Assembly (NCBI GenBank): GCA_963708075.1
Contig: OY970194.1
Coordinates: 3,232,001-3,296,000 of the forward strand
Origin: Sedimentisphaerales bacterium
GTDB taxonomy: Bacteria > Planctomycetota > Phycisphaerae > Sedimentisphaerales > Anaerobacaceae
DNA: 64,000 nt
Reading direction: 5' to 3'
Shown here piece by piece: positions 10,506 through 20,060 of the stretch. A model generated the notes under the pieces. That model was not told the origin of the DNA and made no database searches. It saw only the letters and a program-made list of their open reading frames with translations. Within the stretch, counting starts at the first letter, position 1. Every line of letters begins with the position of its first letter. A program made the translations under genes and the position numbers.

Positions 10506-11966
10506 ATGCAAAGGATTGTCGCTTCTCTGCTCCTGCTGACGGTATTGGCGTCGCTGTGCCCTGCCTTGGTGTCGACCAACGTCCCGCTGGACCACTGGAG
10601 TTATGCTGCGGTGGACAAGCTGGCGGACTATGCATTGATCGACAGCGCCATGCTGAACACCAGACCGATCTCCCGCATCGAGATGGCGCGGCATATCGGC
10701 CAGGCCATGCACCGTCTGGAGAAGGAGAAGGATCCGCCCGCCGTGCTGCTCTCTATCCTCGACAGGCTGCAAAAGGAGTTCGAGGGTGAGTTGATTCTCA
10801 TCGACGTTCTCGAAGGCTCGTCCGCCGGCACCTATGTCAAGCCCGTGGAAGACCCGTACGTGAAGTACCTGTACGCGAGGCGCCGGCCCGACATCGAGAA
10901 TGTCCGGGGCGATGTGTTCCGTCGCGGATCGAACTACCGGACCGGCTTCGCCTCACGCGGGACGTTCCTCGACCTCTTCGCCTTCTACCTTCATCCCGAG
11001 TACATCGACTCGCCCGAGGAAGATGCCGACGTCGATTTGATTGAAGGCTACGGAAAAGCAATGGCCGGACCGATCGAATTCGAAATGGGAAGGGACTCAC
11101 TGTGGTGGGGTCCCGGCCGCCACGGCTCGATCCTGATGAGCAACAACGCTGCCCCTCTCACAATGATCAAGGTCACCAACCCGCAGCCGATTCAGCTACC
11201 CTGGATCTTCCGGGCGTTCGGACCCTTCCGGATGCAGTGGTTCCTGGCGGAGCTGGAGGAGCACAGGGATTTCCCCGAGGCCAGGCTTTCCGGAATCCGA
11301 TTGAATATCAAGCCGCACCCGTCGGTGGAGTTCGGGGCATCGCGAGTCTTTCAGTTCGGCGGCCAAGGCATGCCGCGAGTGGATGCGTTTGACTACGCCA
11401 GGATGTTCCTGGCAGGGACGGAGCAGGAGGAGAACAACCAGATTGCCGGGTTCGACACGTCGGTTCTCATTCCGCTGGGAGACAACCCGCTGCTGCGGTC
11501 GTTCAAGCTCTACGGCGACACCGCCGGGGAGGATGAAGCCGCCGGATGGCCCAGCAAATGGAGTTTCCTGCTCGGTCTGCAGCTCAACGATATCCTGCGG
11601 ACGGGAAGAACGGATCTGCGATTCGAGTATGCCGACACCCATCAGTTCCTCTACGAGCACAGCGTCTACACTTCAGGGTATACGTATGAAGACCGGGTGA
11701 TGGGCCACCATGTGGGCCCCGATGCGCGTGATATGTTCGTCCAGCTCTCGCACTATCTTATGGACGATCTCCTTGTGGACGTGGCCTTCGATTGGCAGAC
11801 ATTCGGCGTGTCAAGGGCCGTTCAATCGCGGATGAATATCCTGGAGTGCAACCTGACGTACTTTCCATCGTCAGACTGGCAGGTGAGGGCCGGCTACCGC
11901 TATGAGACTGGCGACAGGGACGAGGATAACCACATCTTCCAGATCCAACTGATCCGGGAGTTCTGA
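10506..11966 (+). CDS. wzi: capsule assembly Wzi family outer-membrane protein
   Basis: Signal peptide MQRIVASLLLLTVLASLCPA, the Wzi motif GRDSLWWGPGRHGSILMSNNA, and a C-terminal Phe. Confidence 0.9.
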   Translation: MQRIVASLLLLTVLASLCPALVSTNVPLDHWSYAAVDKLADYALIDSAMLNTRPISRIEMARHIGQAMHRLEKEKDPPAVLLSILDRLQKEFEGELILIDVLEGSSAGTYVKPVEDPYVKYLYARRRPDIENVRGDVFRRGSNYRTGFASRGTFLDLFAFYLHPEYIDSPEEDADVDLIEGYGKAMAGPIEFEMGRDSLWWGPGRHGSILMSNNAAPLTMIKVTNPQPIQLPWIFRAFGPFRMQWFLAELEEHRDFPEARLSGIRLNIKPHPSVEFGASRVFQFGGQGMPRVDAFDYARMFLAGTEQEENNQIAGFDTSVLIPLGDNPLLRSFKLYGDTAGEDEAAGWPSKWSFLLGLQLNDILRTGRTDLRFEYADTHQFLYEHSVYTSGYTYEDRVMGHHVGPDARDMFVQLSHYLMDDLLVDVAFDWQTFGVSRAVQSRMNILECNLTYFPSSDWQVRAGYRYETGDRDEDNHIFQIQLIREF

Positions 11967-11968
11967 CG

Positions 11969-12081
11969 GATTTACGATTTATGATGTGTGATTTGTGATT
12001 TCCGGGGGATGCTCCGTAGATAGCGGATCGTCTCGGAGGGTCAAAGGTCAATCATAAATCGTAAATCATCAATCGTAAATC
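11969..12081. repeat. heptamer-periodic inverted repeat H1 (wzi/fliS junction)
   Basis: Left arm GATTTAC GATTTAT GATGTGT GATTTGT GATTT; right arm CAATCAT AAATCGT AAATCAT CAATCGT AAATC. Confidence 0.9.
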
Positions 12082-12082
12082 T

Positions 12083-12442
12083 CTATCCGGTGATGGCCCT
12101 CCAGCTCTGATTCAGCTCCTCCAGGAGGGTGATGACCTCGCGGATCATCTGGGGATCGCGTTTGCCGTTGGCCTCGCTCAGCCGCCGGTTCATGAAGAGA
12201 TAGAGTCTTCTCAGGTTGGAGGCGATCTCGTCGCCGGTTTCCATATCCAGAACGGCGTTCAATTCGTTGAGGATGTCCTGAGCACGATTGATGTACTGCC
12301 CTTTGGCCGCGTGGTTCCCCGCCTCCAACTCCCGCACCGCCAGCTTCAGGAATTTGATGGCGCCATCGTAGAGCATGACGATCAAGCGTCCCTTGCTCTG
12401 AGTGCCGATGGCCGTCTGCTGGTATGCCGCGATTCCCTTCAT
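12083..12442 (-). CDS. fliS: flagellin export chaperone FliS
   Basis: Motifs LIVMLYDGAIKFL, RAQDILNEL..LD and NLRRLY. It lies downstream of fliC. Confidence 0.95.
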   Translation of the reverse strand: MKGIAAYQQTAIGTQSKGRLIVMLYDGAIKFLKLAVRELEAGNHAAKGQYINRAQDILNELNAVLDMETGDEIASNLRRLYLFMNRRLSEANGKRDPQMIREVITLLEELNQSWRAITG

Positions 12443-12498
12443 GATTGGATCCCCGTGATGACGGTGAATTCGAAATTGAAATGCGGAGTGTCATGAAT

Positions 12499-12537
12499 GG
12501 GGAGATGACTGACGGATGTTGCCCCAGTCATCTCCCC
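12499..12537 (-). terminator. stem-loop downstream of fliC (partial terminator or mRNA stabiliser)
   Basis: Perfect 13-bp stem GGGGAGATGACTG / CAGTCATCTCCCC with only a weak U-tract. Confidence 0.6.
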
Positions 12538-12572
12538 CTAGGTACTCTCAGACATTCCTCGTGACGCGCGGA

Positions 12573-13382
12573 TTATCTCAGCAGCGTCAACGCCATCTGC
12601 GGAATCGAGTTGGCTTGCGCCAGCATCGCGGTGCCCGCCTGGGAGAGCACCTGGTTCCGCGTCAGGGTCGCCATCTCTGTCGCCACATCGACGTCGGAGA
12701 TACGCGACTCGGCAGCCATCAGGTTCTCCGCCTGGATGTTGAGCACTTGGCCGGTGCTTTCGAGACGGTTGATGCCGTAGCCGAACTTGGCCCGCGCGGT
12801 GTCCTTCGTGTTGATGGCGGCGTCCAAAGTCGTCAGGGCTGCCCGGGCGCTGCCCGCCGTCGTGATCGCCAGCGTGTCGATGCCCAGACCCGTTTTCGTC
12901 ATGGCGCTGCCGGTGACGTCGATCCCGTCGGTCGCCCCGCCAAAGTGAATCGACACGGTGGCGGAGTTGTCGAGCATCTTGATGCCGTTGAAGTCGGTCG
13001 CGGTGGAGATACGCTGCACTTCATTGGCCATCTCGTTGAATTCGTTGTCCATGATGAGCCGCTGGGCCGACGAGTACGAGCCCGTCGAGGCCTGCTCCGC
13101 CAGTTGCTGCATACGCACGAGCAGGTTATCGATGACTTGCAGAGCACCTTCCATGGTCTGCAGCAGACTGACGCCGTCCTGGGCGTTCCGTGCACCCTGC
13201 TGCAACACGGCGATATCGGCTCGCATCAACTCGCGAACCGCCATGCCGGCCGCGTCATCACTGGCGCTGTTGATTCGCAGACCGGAGCTCAGCCGCTCGA
13301 CCGACGTGGCCAGAGCATCATAGCTCTGCCCCAGGTACCGGGCTGCATTCGCCGCCATAAGGTTGTTCTTGATTGCCAACAT
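12573..13382 (-). CDS. fliC: flagellin (short, 269 aa)
   Basis: Motifs ERLSSGLRINSASDDAAG, ENLMAAESRISDVDVATEM and MLAQAN. Confidence 0.97.
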   Translation of the reverse strand: MLAIKNNLMAANAARYLGQSYDALATSVERLSSGLRINSASDDAAGMAVRELMRADIAVLQQGARNAQDGVSLLQTMEGALQVIDNLLVRMQQLAEQASTGSYSSAQRLIMDNEFNEMANEVQRISTATDFNGIKMLDNSATVSIHFGGATDGIDVTGSAMTKTGLGIDTLAITTAGSARAALTTLDAAINTKDTARAKFGYGINRLESTGQVLNIQAENLMAAESRISDVDVATEMATLTRNQVLSQAGTAMLAQANSIPQMALTLLR

Positions 13383-13478
13383 GTTCGCAACTCCTTAAAT
13401 AGAAACCCCAATTTGGCCCCTTGCTTAGGCGCTTTGTCTCCACTTTGCCTTCCGAACGCGTTCAACCATTCAAGCTGA

Positions 13479-13505
13479 TTATCGAGTGAAACCCTGAGGA
13501 CTTAA
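13479..13505 (-). promoter_or_regulatory. sigma-28 promoter of fliC
   Basis: Minus strand reads TTAAG-N14-CTCGATAA about 100 bp upstream of the fliC ATG; compare the FliA consensus TAAAG-N14-GCCGATAA. Confidence 0.7.
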
Positions 13506-13700
13506 GGCGTCGCCCCAAATCGCTGCCGGCGGAAACCATGAGAACCTCTAATACGACTTGCCGCGAGGCTGATACCGCAAGGGCCCGCCACGCCCGAACG
13601 CGAAAAATTCTGGAAAACATCTCAAAAAATCTCCCCGGCCGCACGCTGCAACAAAGGGCACATCATACGGATTTGGAGAGACTCTCGCGCGGTACGAACT

Positions 13701-13794
13701 TTGTCATCCTGAGGCGAAGCTGGAGGATCTGACCATTGAATAGGAGGTTTCTCCCGCTCGCGGCCCGGATCCTTCGCTGTGCTCAGGATGACAA
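13701..13794. repeat. REP-like palindromic element (TGTCATCCTGAG family)
   Basis: 13-bp terminal inverted repeats TTGTCATCCTGAG / CTCAGGATGACAA, with internal GGATCT / GGATCC motifs. Confidence 0.8.
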
Positions 13795-13866
13795 GCACGA
13801 GTCAATCACGGTCCGTGTCATGCCCGAGGTGCCGTCGGCTTCTCCACCGAGCGACACGATCTTTTC

Positions 13867-13895
13867 TCACGGCAGGCCCGCTGAAGTGCCGATAA
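13867..13895 (+). promoter_or_regulatory. sigma-28-like promoter of the GT divergent from fliC
   Basis: TCACG-N16-GCCGATAA, with a perfect -10 at 13888-13895. Confidence 0.55.
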
Positions 13896-13960
13896 TCCCT
13901 GCATCTGCGACCGAGTGGCGGCAACCAGCCGGCCAGGGACCGCCTCGGAGGCTGTGACCA

Positions 13961-15136
13961 ATGGACGAGAGCTCACCGGCGAACATGTATATGAAGAAAC
14001 GAAGAGATCCTGGCGTGAACAGAACCCTGCTGGTTTTCAATTGCCACGAGCCGTGGATCCATCAGCTCGGTGCGCTGGGCTACGCGCTCGATATCATCGT
14101 CGGCCTCAAAGGCAAGTACAACCAGGGCTGGGACTATCGCATGCGTCCGCTGCCCGCACATGCTCGCCTGATCAGCCTGCCGGAGGCCCTCCAGTCGCCC
14201 ACAGAGTACTACTGTATCATCACCCACAACACGACCGACCTGCTCGATGTGCGATTCCGTCCGGAACCACGCCTGCTTGTGCTGCACCACACGCTGGAGG
14301 GCCGGCTCCGGGAGGAGCATTCCAACATTGACCCGGAGAAGATGAAAGATATGCTCCATGGCTACATGGAGTTGGTTGGAGGCCATGTTGTCGCAACGTC
14401 CATGTTCAAGGGGGAATCCTGGGGATTCACGGACGACATCGTCCATTTCGGCATTGACGTGGATGGATACCTGCCGTACGACGGCCACGAGACGGCGGGC
14501 CTGCGGATCTGCAATTTCATCAGCAGCCGCCGACAGATTCTGCTCTGGGACCTGCATGAGCAGGCCTTCGCGGGCTTGCCCATCACGCTCGTCGGCCACA
14601 ATCCGGACCTGCCCGGCGTGGAAGCGGCCCGGGACTGGGACCATCTCAAGAGGATTCTGCAGGCACATCGCTTCTACATCCACACCGCCGATCCGATGCT
14701 CGAAGCCGGGCACAACATGGCCACCGCCGAAGCCATGGCCGCCGGGCTGCCCGTGCTTGGAAACCGCCATCCGACCTCTCCCATCCGGCACGGGATCAGC
14801 GGCTTTCTCAGCGATGATCCCCGCAAACTGAGACAGTACGCTCAGATGCTCCTGGAGGATCGGGAGCTGGCCCGATTGATGGGACAGCGGGCTCGGAAGA
14901 CCGTCGAGGAGCGATTCTCGCTGACTCGCTTCAAGCACGCCTTCCTGCGCTCCATCGAGATCGCCCGCCGCAAGTGGCACACGCGAAGAATTGACTCTTC
15001 GGCCCAGCCTCGCAATTTCGAATTGGAAAGGTGGACGCAGCCCATCTATGCCAGCATGTCGATGCGTCCCACAGGCACGCCGACGCCGGTTGGGGACTCC
15101 GAATCGGAAATCCGAAATTCGAAATTGGATCGCTGA
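13961..15136 (+). CDS. glycosyltransferase (GT4-like), candidate flagellin-modifying enzyme
   Basis: Motifs AEAMAAGLPV, HGISGFL and MGQRARKTVEERFS. It is divergent from fliC. Confidence 0.85.
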   Translation: MDESSPANMYMKKRRDPGVNRTLLVFNCHEPWIHQLGALGYALDIIVGLKGKYNQGWDYRMRPLPAHARLISLPEALQSPTEYYCIITHNTTDLLDVRFRPEPRLLVLHHTLEGRLREEHSNIDPEKMKDMLHGYMELVGGHVVATSMFKGESWGFTDDIVHFGIDVDGYLPYDGHETAGLRICNFISSRRQILLWDLHEQAFAGLPITLVGHNPDLPGVEAARDWDHLKRILQAHRFYIHTADPMLEAGHNMATAEAMAAGLPVLGNRHPTSPIRHGISGFLSDDPRKLRQYAQMLLEDRELARLMGQRARKTVEERFSLTRFKHAFLRSIEIARRKWHTRRIDSSAQPRNFELERWTQPIYASMSMRPTGTPTPVGDSESEIRNSKLDR

Positions 15137-16842
15137 GCCCGGTTGCTCTGTCGATCGGAGCCCTGCTGCTGGGGCCATGCGTCCTGATGCAGTTGCTGCC
15201 TGCCTGAGTCCCTCTCCGACTGATCGGAGACCGTCACGTCGAACTTGCGGATCTGGATGCCGGCTTCCTGGAGACTCCGCAGCACCTGGGGCAGGGCTTG
15301 CTCCACCTCCTGCCTGGTGTCACTGCGGCTGACCTCCAGGATTCCGTGGATTTGCTCGTTCTGCTCTTGAAATCGCACGAGCACGCTGCCAAGCTCCGGC
15401 GGACGCAAACGAATCACGACCTGTCGCTCCCCGCGATCAAGCGAGGCGTGCAGGGAATCGCGGATTTGTTCGCTGACGCTCTGAGCAGACCCCTTGGCGG
15501 CAGAACCTTCCAGGCCACCCGCCGTGGGGGACTGGTCCGACGCAAGCCGTGAGAAACTGACGGACTTCCCGGCCCCGGATACGGCCGGCTCCGCCTGTGC
15601 CATCAGACCATCGCCCAACGGGGACAAACGCACCTCTTTCCCCTCGGTCGGCGGAATCGTCCCACTCGCGGCTTGGCGAGCTTGTGCACTCTCACCGGAA
15701 CCGGCCGGGCTCGAACGGTCACGCGAGTTCGTCCCTCCACGGGCCTGCTGCAGATTGTGTAATGTCTCTGGAAGTGGCTTCCCATTCTCCGCTTCCATTC
15801 TCCCCGGATGCGGCGGCACAAGCCGTTCCGTGCGGGACACATGGCTCTTCGCAGAGTCCGCCGGCTGTTGTGGATTCGGTCCCTCGTTCGGCTGGACGGA
15901 GTGTTCTTTCATGGAAGCAGAGGTCTTCTCAGGCCCACAGCTCTTTGGGACCTCCGGCATTCCGCGCACATTCGATTTCATCTGCGGCTCAGTAGCCTTC
16001 ATCTCCACAGCAGATTCCTTCACGGCCGCGGAGCTGTTCTGTGGTACACGGCTTTGGGGAGGCTCTGCCGCCTGCTGCACATTCTGTTGGCCCGTTGCTT
16101 TTGTCTGCGCCTGTTTCATCTCGCCGGCATGCTCCTTCACAGCAGCGATGCTCTTCTCGGGCGCTAGCGCATTGCGACTGCCTCCCAGAGCCTGCTTTGA
16201 GGCTATCTCAACGGCCTTACCGGTCGCATCTGTAACCCGCCCGGTTGACGGCACAGCCTTGTCCGCGGAGCCCGATCCGCCTTTGCCGGATATCGCTGCA
16301 ACATCCCCACTGACACCGGCCGGAACCGATTCCTTAAGCCCTTTTGTGAGTATCGAATGCGCGGTTTCGGCCAGGGGTCCGCCGGATTGAGATAGAGCTG
16401 ACCGCTCCCCGTGTGGCGCAGGTCCCCTGGTCGTCGCGCCGTCGACGTTCATTGGCTTCTCAGCTTGTCCCCGCCCAAGCCGCGCGGATGCCGGGCGGAC
16501 CTGCGCGTCGCATCCAGCCGCCTGCATCAACGCGTCCAAATCCTGCGTCTGCTCGGACGCGGGCGTAACCTTCTCGGCTCGTGCTCTCCGAAGGCTTGCC
16601 GCCGGTGCGGACCCGGAGGAAGGTGCTGATCTATCTACTGTCCGCTGACCGCCTTTGGCGTCGCCAACGACGGCGACATTATCGGCCGTTGCCTGGCGGG
16701 CATTGACGAGCGCAGATGTCTGCGAGAACGAACGCGCGGGTTTCTCCGCCGCCGGCCTATCCGGCTTCGACGGGCCCGCCGGGTCCGCACAGATCGCAGC
16801 AACTATACTCTTGGCAACCACTGGTGGAGACATACCTTTCAC
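15046..16842 (-). CDS. fliK: flagellar hook-length control protein FliK
   Basis: Low-complexity N-terminus and a C-terminal T3S4 domain (VIRLRPPELGSV...LPQVLRSLQEAGIQI). Confidence 0.9.
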   Translation of the reverse strand: MKGMSPPVVAKSIVAAICADPAGPSKPDRPAAEKPARSFSQTSALVNARQATADNVAVVGDAKGGQRTVDRSAPSSGSAPAASLRRARAEKVTPASEQTQDLDALMQAAGCDAQVRPASARLGRGQAEKPMNVDGATTRGPAPHGERSALSQSGGPLAETAHSILTKGLKESVPAGVSGDVAAISGKGGSGSADKAVPSTGRVTDATGKAVEIASKQALGGSRNALAPEKSIAAVKEHAGEMKQAQTKATGQQNVQQAAEPPQSRVPQNSSAAVKESAVEMKATEPQMKSNVRGMPEVPKSCGPEKTSASMKEHSVQPNEGPNPQQPADSAKSHVSRTERLVPPHPGRMEAENGKPLPETLHNLQQARGGTNSRDRSSPAGSGESAQARQAASGTIPPTEGKEVRLSPLGDGLMAQAEPAVSGAGKSVSFSRLASDQSPTAGGLEGSAAKGSAQSVSEQIRDSLHASLDRGERQVVIRLRPPELGSVLVRFQEQNEQIHGILEVSRSDTRQEVEQALPQVLRSLQEAGIQIRKFDVTVSDQSERDSGRQQLHQDAWPQQQGSDRQSNRAQRSNFEFRISDSESPTGVGVPVGRIDMLA

Positions 16843-16866
16843 CTTCCATAGACAGCCTTAGATAGA

Positions 16867-16882
16867 AGCAACCGCCGTGCCA
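16867..16882 (-). promoter_or_regulatory. sigma-54 promoter of fliK
   Basis: Minus strand reads TGGCACGGCGGTTGCT (-24/-12 consensus). Confidence 0.85.
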
Positions 16883-16990
16883 GTTTCGATGCACATCTGA
16901 GTCGTGCTTGTAAGCCCTGGCGAGTACGCGACTTACGAGATTCCAGAAAGATCGCGATCATCTGCGGCCGGCAGCCACCGGCAGAACGCT

Positions 16991-17030
16991 CGGAAGAATA
17001 TTCCCGAGGCGGGAGGAGATATCTTCCGCC
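16991..17030. promoter_or_regulatory. candidate enhancer (UAS) pair for the fliK promoter
   Basis: CGGAAGAATATTCCCG and GGAGATATCTTCCG lie 109-148 bp from the sigma-54 site, matching the pair upstream of flgD. Confidence 0.5.
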
Positions 17031-17080
17031 TGACCGCCTCCGTGGGACTCGGCAGGGCCGCGGATGTCTCCCCGGCCACG

Positions 17081-17117
17081 TGTCAAATTCCCCGACCGGC
17101 TGTATAGAATCCTGACA
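17081..17117 (+). promoter_or_regulatory. candidate enhancer (UAS) for the flgB promoter
   Basis: TGTCAAATTCCCCGACCGGCTGTATAGAATCCTGACA; the last 16 nt are identical to 61227-61242. Confidence 0.65.
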
Positions 17118-17237
17118 CCGGCGGCCACCCTCCTGCCTTCTTCCATCCCTACCTTCTTCTCTTCATCGCCCCGCACCGCCGCATCTGGGGGCCGGAACAA
17201 GGCAGGGACGTGGGACGCCAACAAGGTAAGGGGCTCC

Positions 17238-17253
17238 TGGCATGGTTATTGCA
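17238..17253 (+). promoter_or_regulatory. sigma-54 promoter of the flgB operon
   Basis: TGGCATGGTTATTGCA about 50 bp upstream of flgB. Confidence 0.85.
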
Positions 17254-17305
17254 GCGTCCCTCGGAACGTCAGAGAGAGTTTGTACAGATACAGAAGGGAT
17301 AGACG

Positions 17306-17668
17306 GTGCCAGAGTCAGGCAACATCATGAATCTGCTCGAGGCAGGCATACGGGCCGAGGAGCTTCGCCAGCGGACCATTGCCAGCAACATCGCCAATAT
17401 CGAGACCCCCGGCTACCGCCGTCTCGACGTCCGGTTCGAGCAGAGCCTGGCCAAGGCCCTGAACTCCCCGGGCGGGGTCGATGCGGATGCGCTCGAAGCG
17501 GAGGTCTATCAGCCGAACGATCCAGCGCTGAAGTCCAACGGCAACAACGTGACCATGGAGGCGGAGATCGGGGACCTGGTGAAGAATTCGCTTCGCTACG
17601 CGACGTACGTCAGGCTTCTGCGAAAGAAGTTCTCGCAGATCGAGGCAACCATCAGTGAGCGGACGTAA
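17306..17668 (+). CDS. flgB: flagellar basal-body rod protein FlgB
   Basis: Motifs RQRTIASNIANIETPGYRRLDVRFE and NGNNVTMEAE. Confidence 0.95.
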   Translation: MPESGNIMNLLEAGIRAEELRQRTIASNIANIETPGYRRLDVRFEQSLAKALNSPGGVDADALEAEVYQPNDPALKSNGNNVTMEAEIGDLVKNSLRYATYVRLLRKKFSQIEATISERT

Positions 17669-17731
17669 CGGAGATACAATGGCCGTGACACGACGAGAAC
17701 GCGAGACTATCACAGGAAAGGATTCGGTGGA

Positions 17732-18136
17732 ATGAGCGTGAGCAAGGTATTCGGTCCCGTGGACATCTCTGTTTCCGGCATGCGTGCCCATGCCAAACAC
17801 ATGGAGGTGATCTCGTCGAACATCGCCAACTCGCGCACCGCCGATGCCGGACAGGGCCAGCCGTACAGGCGGCTGGAGGCGATCTTCAAGGCAGCCGACG
17901 AAGGTGTCAGCGGCGTCGCGGTCGATGATGTCGTCCCGGACAACAGCCCGCTGCAGCGGCTCTACGATCCGGGCAATCCCAGGGCGGACGCCTCCGGCTA
18001 CGTGAGCATGCCCAACGTGCATCTGCCTGTCGAGATGATGAATCTGAACGTCGCCAGTCGTGCCTACCAGGCCAATGCCGCCATCCTCAGACGCTATCAG
18101 AAGATGGTGGAAACCACACTCGAGTTACTCCGGTAA
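17732..18136 (+). CDS. flgC: flagellar basal-body rod protein FlgC
   Basis: Motifs ISSNIANSRT, YDPGNPRADASGYVSMPNV and ASRAYQAN. Confidence 0.95.
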   Translation: MSVSKVFGPVDISVSGMRAHAKHMEVISSNIANSRTADAGQGQPYRRLEAIFKAADEGVSGVAVDDVVPDNSPLQRLYDPGNPRADASGYVSMPNVHLPVEMMNLNVASRAYQANAAILRRYQKMVETTLELLR

Positions 18137-18151
18137 GAGGAGTTCTGCAAA

Positions 18152-18463
18152 ATGATTGAATTCGACCCGAATATCAGCTCGATGCTGCCCGGCACCCGCG
18201 GCGTGACGTCGCAGGCAAATCCTCCGGTGACCAAGGCGGACTTCTCCCAGGCCGTCAAAGCGCTGGGCGACTGCGTCTCGAAGGTAGACGACCTGCAGCA
18301 GACCTCGGATGCATCCGTGCAGGACCTGCTGACGGGCAAGAACAACGATATCACCGCGGTCGTCTCCGCCGTCGCCAAGGCGGACATGAGCTTCAAAGTC
18401 CTCGTGGGCGTGCGAAACAAGCTCATCGAGGCGTATAAGCAAACAATGAATATGCCGTTGTAG
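18152..18463 (+). CDS. fliE: hook-basal body complex protein FliE
   Basis: C-terminal motif VRNKLIEAYKQTMNMPL. Confidence 0.93.
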   Translation: MIEFDPNISSMLPGTRGVTSQANPPVTKADFSQAVKALGDCVSKVDDLQQTSDASVQDLLTGKNNDITAVVSAVAKADMSFKVLVGVRNKLIEAYKQTMNMPL

Positions 18464-18472
18464 GAGTAGCGA

Positions 18473-18551
18473 AATTGCGGATTGATGATTGCGGATTGCG
18501 GATCAGCAGCTATGAGTCCAAACCGCCATCCGAAATCCCAAATCCGCAATC
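18473..18551. repeat. heptamer-periodic inverted repeat H2 (fliE/fliF)
   Basis: Left arm AATTGCG GATTGAT GATTGCG GATTGCG; right arm CCATCCG AAATCCC AAATCCG CAATC. Confidence 0.9.
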
Positions 18552-18563
18552 GAGAGAGGTTCG

Positions 18564-20054
18564 ATGGATGTCCTGCAGAAGATACTCCTGATCTGGCGCA
18601 AGGTCAGCCTCATGCAGCGGGCCCTTCTGGTCGCGGTGGCGGTGGCCTCGGTGCTTGTGGGCTCGCTGCTGGTCCACTGGGCCCGCCGGCCGGACATGCG
18701 GATGCTCTACCAGGACCTCTCCCCGGCGGAAGCCTCCAAGATCACCGACAAGATCAGCGAGAAGCAAATCGCCTACGAGTTGCACGACAGCGGCACGACT
18801 ATCCATGTCCCCGCGCAACACGTCTATCAGCTCCGCCTGGACCTGGCCAAGGACGGTCTGCCGGCAAATGAGCAAAGCGGCTACAAGCTCTTCGACGACG
18901 AGAAGATCGGCGTCAGTCCCTTCGTCCAGAACGTCAATCTGAAACGCGCCCTGGAGGACGAGTTGGCCAAGAGCATCCAGATGATCGACGGCGTCGCCCA
19001 CACCAGGGTTCACATCGTCCACCCGGACCAGGCGGTGTTCGTTGGGGAGGCCGAGCAGACGACCGCCTCGGTGGTTCTGCGGCTCAAGCCGGGCTACCGG
19101 CTCAGCGCCACGAACATCGCCGCCATCACGCACATGGTTTCCGGCAGCGTCAAGGGCCTCAAGACGGAGAACGTCACGATCATCGACAGCGAGGGCAATC
19201 TACTGTCCGGCCAGGGCGACTCCACACTGCTGGCCGGGGCCGGCACCGTCCATGACTACAAGGAAAGAGTCGAGCAAAGCCTCGCCCGCAAAGCCGAGGA
19301 CATGCTCACCACCGTCCTGGGGCCGGGCCGGGCCACTGTCCGCGTCAGCGTCGTGGTGGATATGAACAGCGTCAGCACGATCACGGAGACCTACGATCCG
19401 ACGGCCAAGGTGCCCACGAAGGAGGAAGAAACCTCCACCAAAGAAACGCCCGGGTCGGGTCAACAAGCTGCCGGTGGGACGAAGACAGACACGACGACCG
19501 TGACCGAGTACCAGGTGGGCAAGACCGTCAAGCAGCAGGTGATCGTGCCCGGCGAGATCAAATCGTTGTCGGTCGCAGCCTTTGTCGATCTGTCCCCGGC
19601 CGATGCCAATGCGACGGGCTCTACCGGGCAGCCGGCCCAGATCATGCAAGTCACAGAGGTTGAGCAGATCATCCGGATGGCGCTGGGACTGAAGGAGTCG
19701 GACTCGCTGAAAGTCGTCAACGCGAAGTTCCGCCGGTCGAGCACACCGCCGGCAGAGGAGGAGTCTTCGAAATGGCCTCGTTATCTGGCTCTGGCGAGGC
19801 AGATGTCGCTCGGCATCATGGCCGTCTGCGCCCTGCTCGTGCTGCGGGTGTTCCGTCGTGCGCACCGCAAAGCGGCCGCCGAGGCACCCGTGCAACAACA
19901 ACTGGCGGAAGGCGCGGGCCCGGCACGTCTCCCTTCCTCCGGCGAACCGGGCGGCGAGCCCATCATGCTCAGAAGGCAGATCACACATGCATTGAGAAGC
20001 AATCCCGATCAGGTGAAGGAAATGTTCCTCAGTTGGATTGACGAGAAGGAGTAA
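18564..20054 (+). CDS. fliF: flagellar MS-ring protein FliF
   Basis: Two TM segments with GYKLFD, RALEDELAKSI and ASVVLRL. Confidence 0.95.
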   Translation: MDVLQKILLIWRKVSLMQRALLVAVAVASVLVGSLLVHWARRPDMRMLYQDLSPAEASKITDKISEKQIAYELHDSGTTIHVPAQHVYQLRLDLAKDGLPANEQSGYKLFDDEKIGVSPFVQNVNLKRALEDELAKSIQMIDGVAHTRVHIVHPDQAVFVGEAEQTTASVVLRLKPGYRLSATNIAAITHMVSGSVKGLKTENVTIIDSEGNLLSGQGDSTLLAGAGTVHDYKERVEQSLARKAEDMLTTVLGPGRATVRVSVVVDMNSVSTITETYDPTAKVPTKEEETSTKETPGSGQQAAGGTKTDTTTVTEYQVGKTVKQQVIVPGEIKSLSVAAFVDLSPADANATGSTGQPAQIMQVTEVEQIIRMALGLKESDSLKVVNAKFRRSSTPPAEEESSKWPRYLALARQMSLGIMAVCALLVLRVFRRAHRKAAAEAPVQQQLAEGAGPARLPSSGEPGGEPIMLRRQITHALRSNPDQVKEMFLSWIDEKE

Positions 20055-20060
20055 GTCACC

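Noticed and set aside
12069..12494. 141-aa ORF overlapping fliS
   Set aside because: It is an alternative frame; the 12083-12442 frame is clearly FliS.
17128..17233. Pyrimidine tract with short inverted matches (CCTGCCTT/AAGGCAGG) between the flgB enhancer and promoter
   Set aside because: The matches are short and could be chance; no function can be supported.
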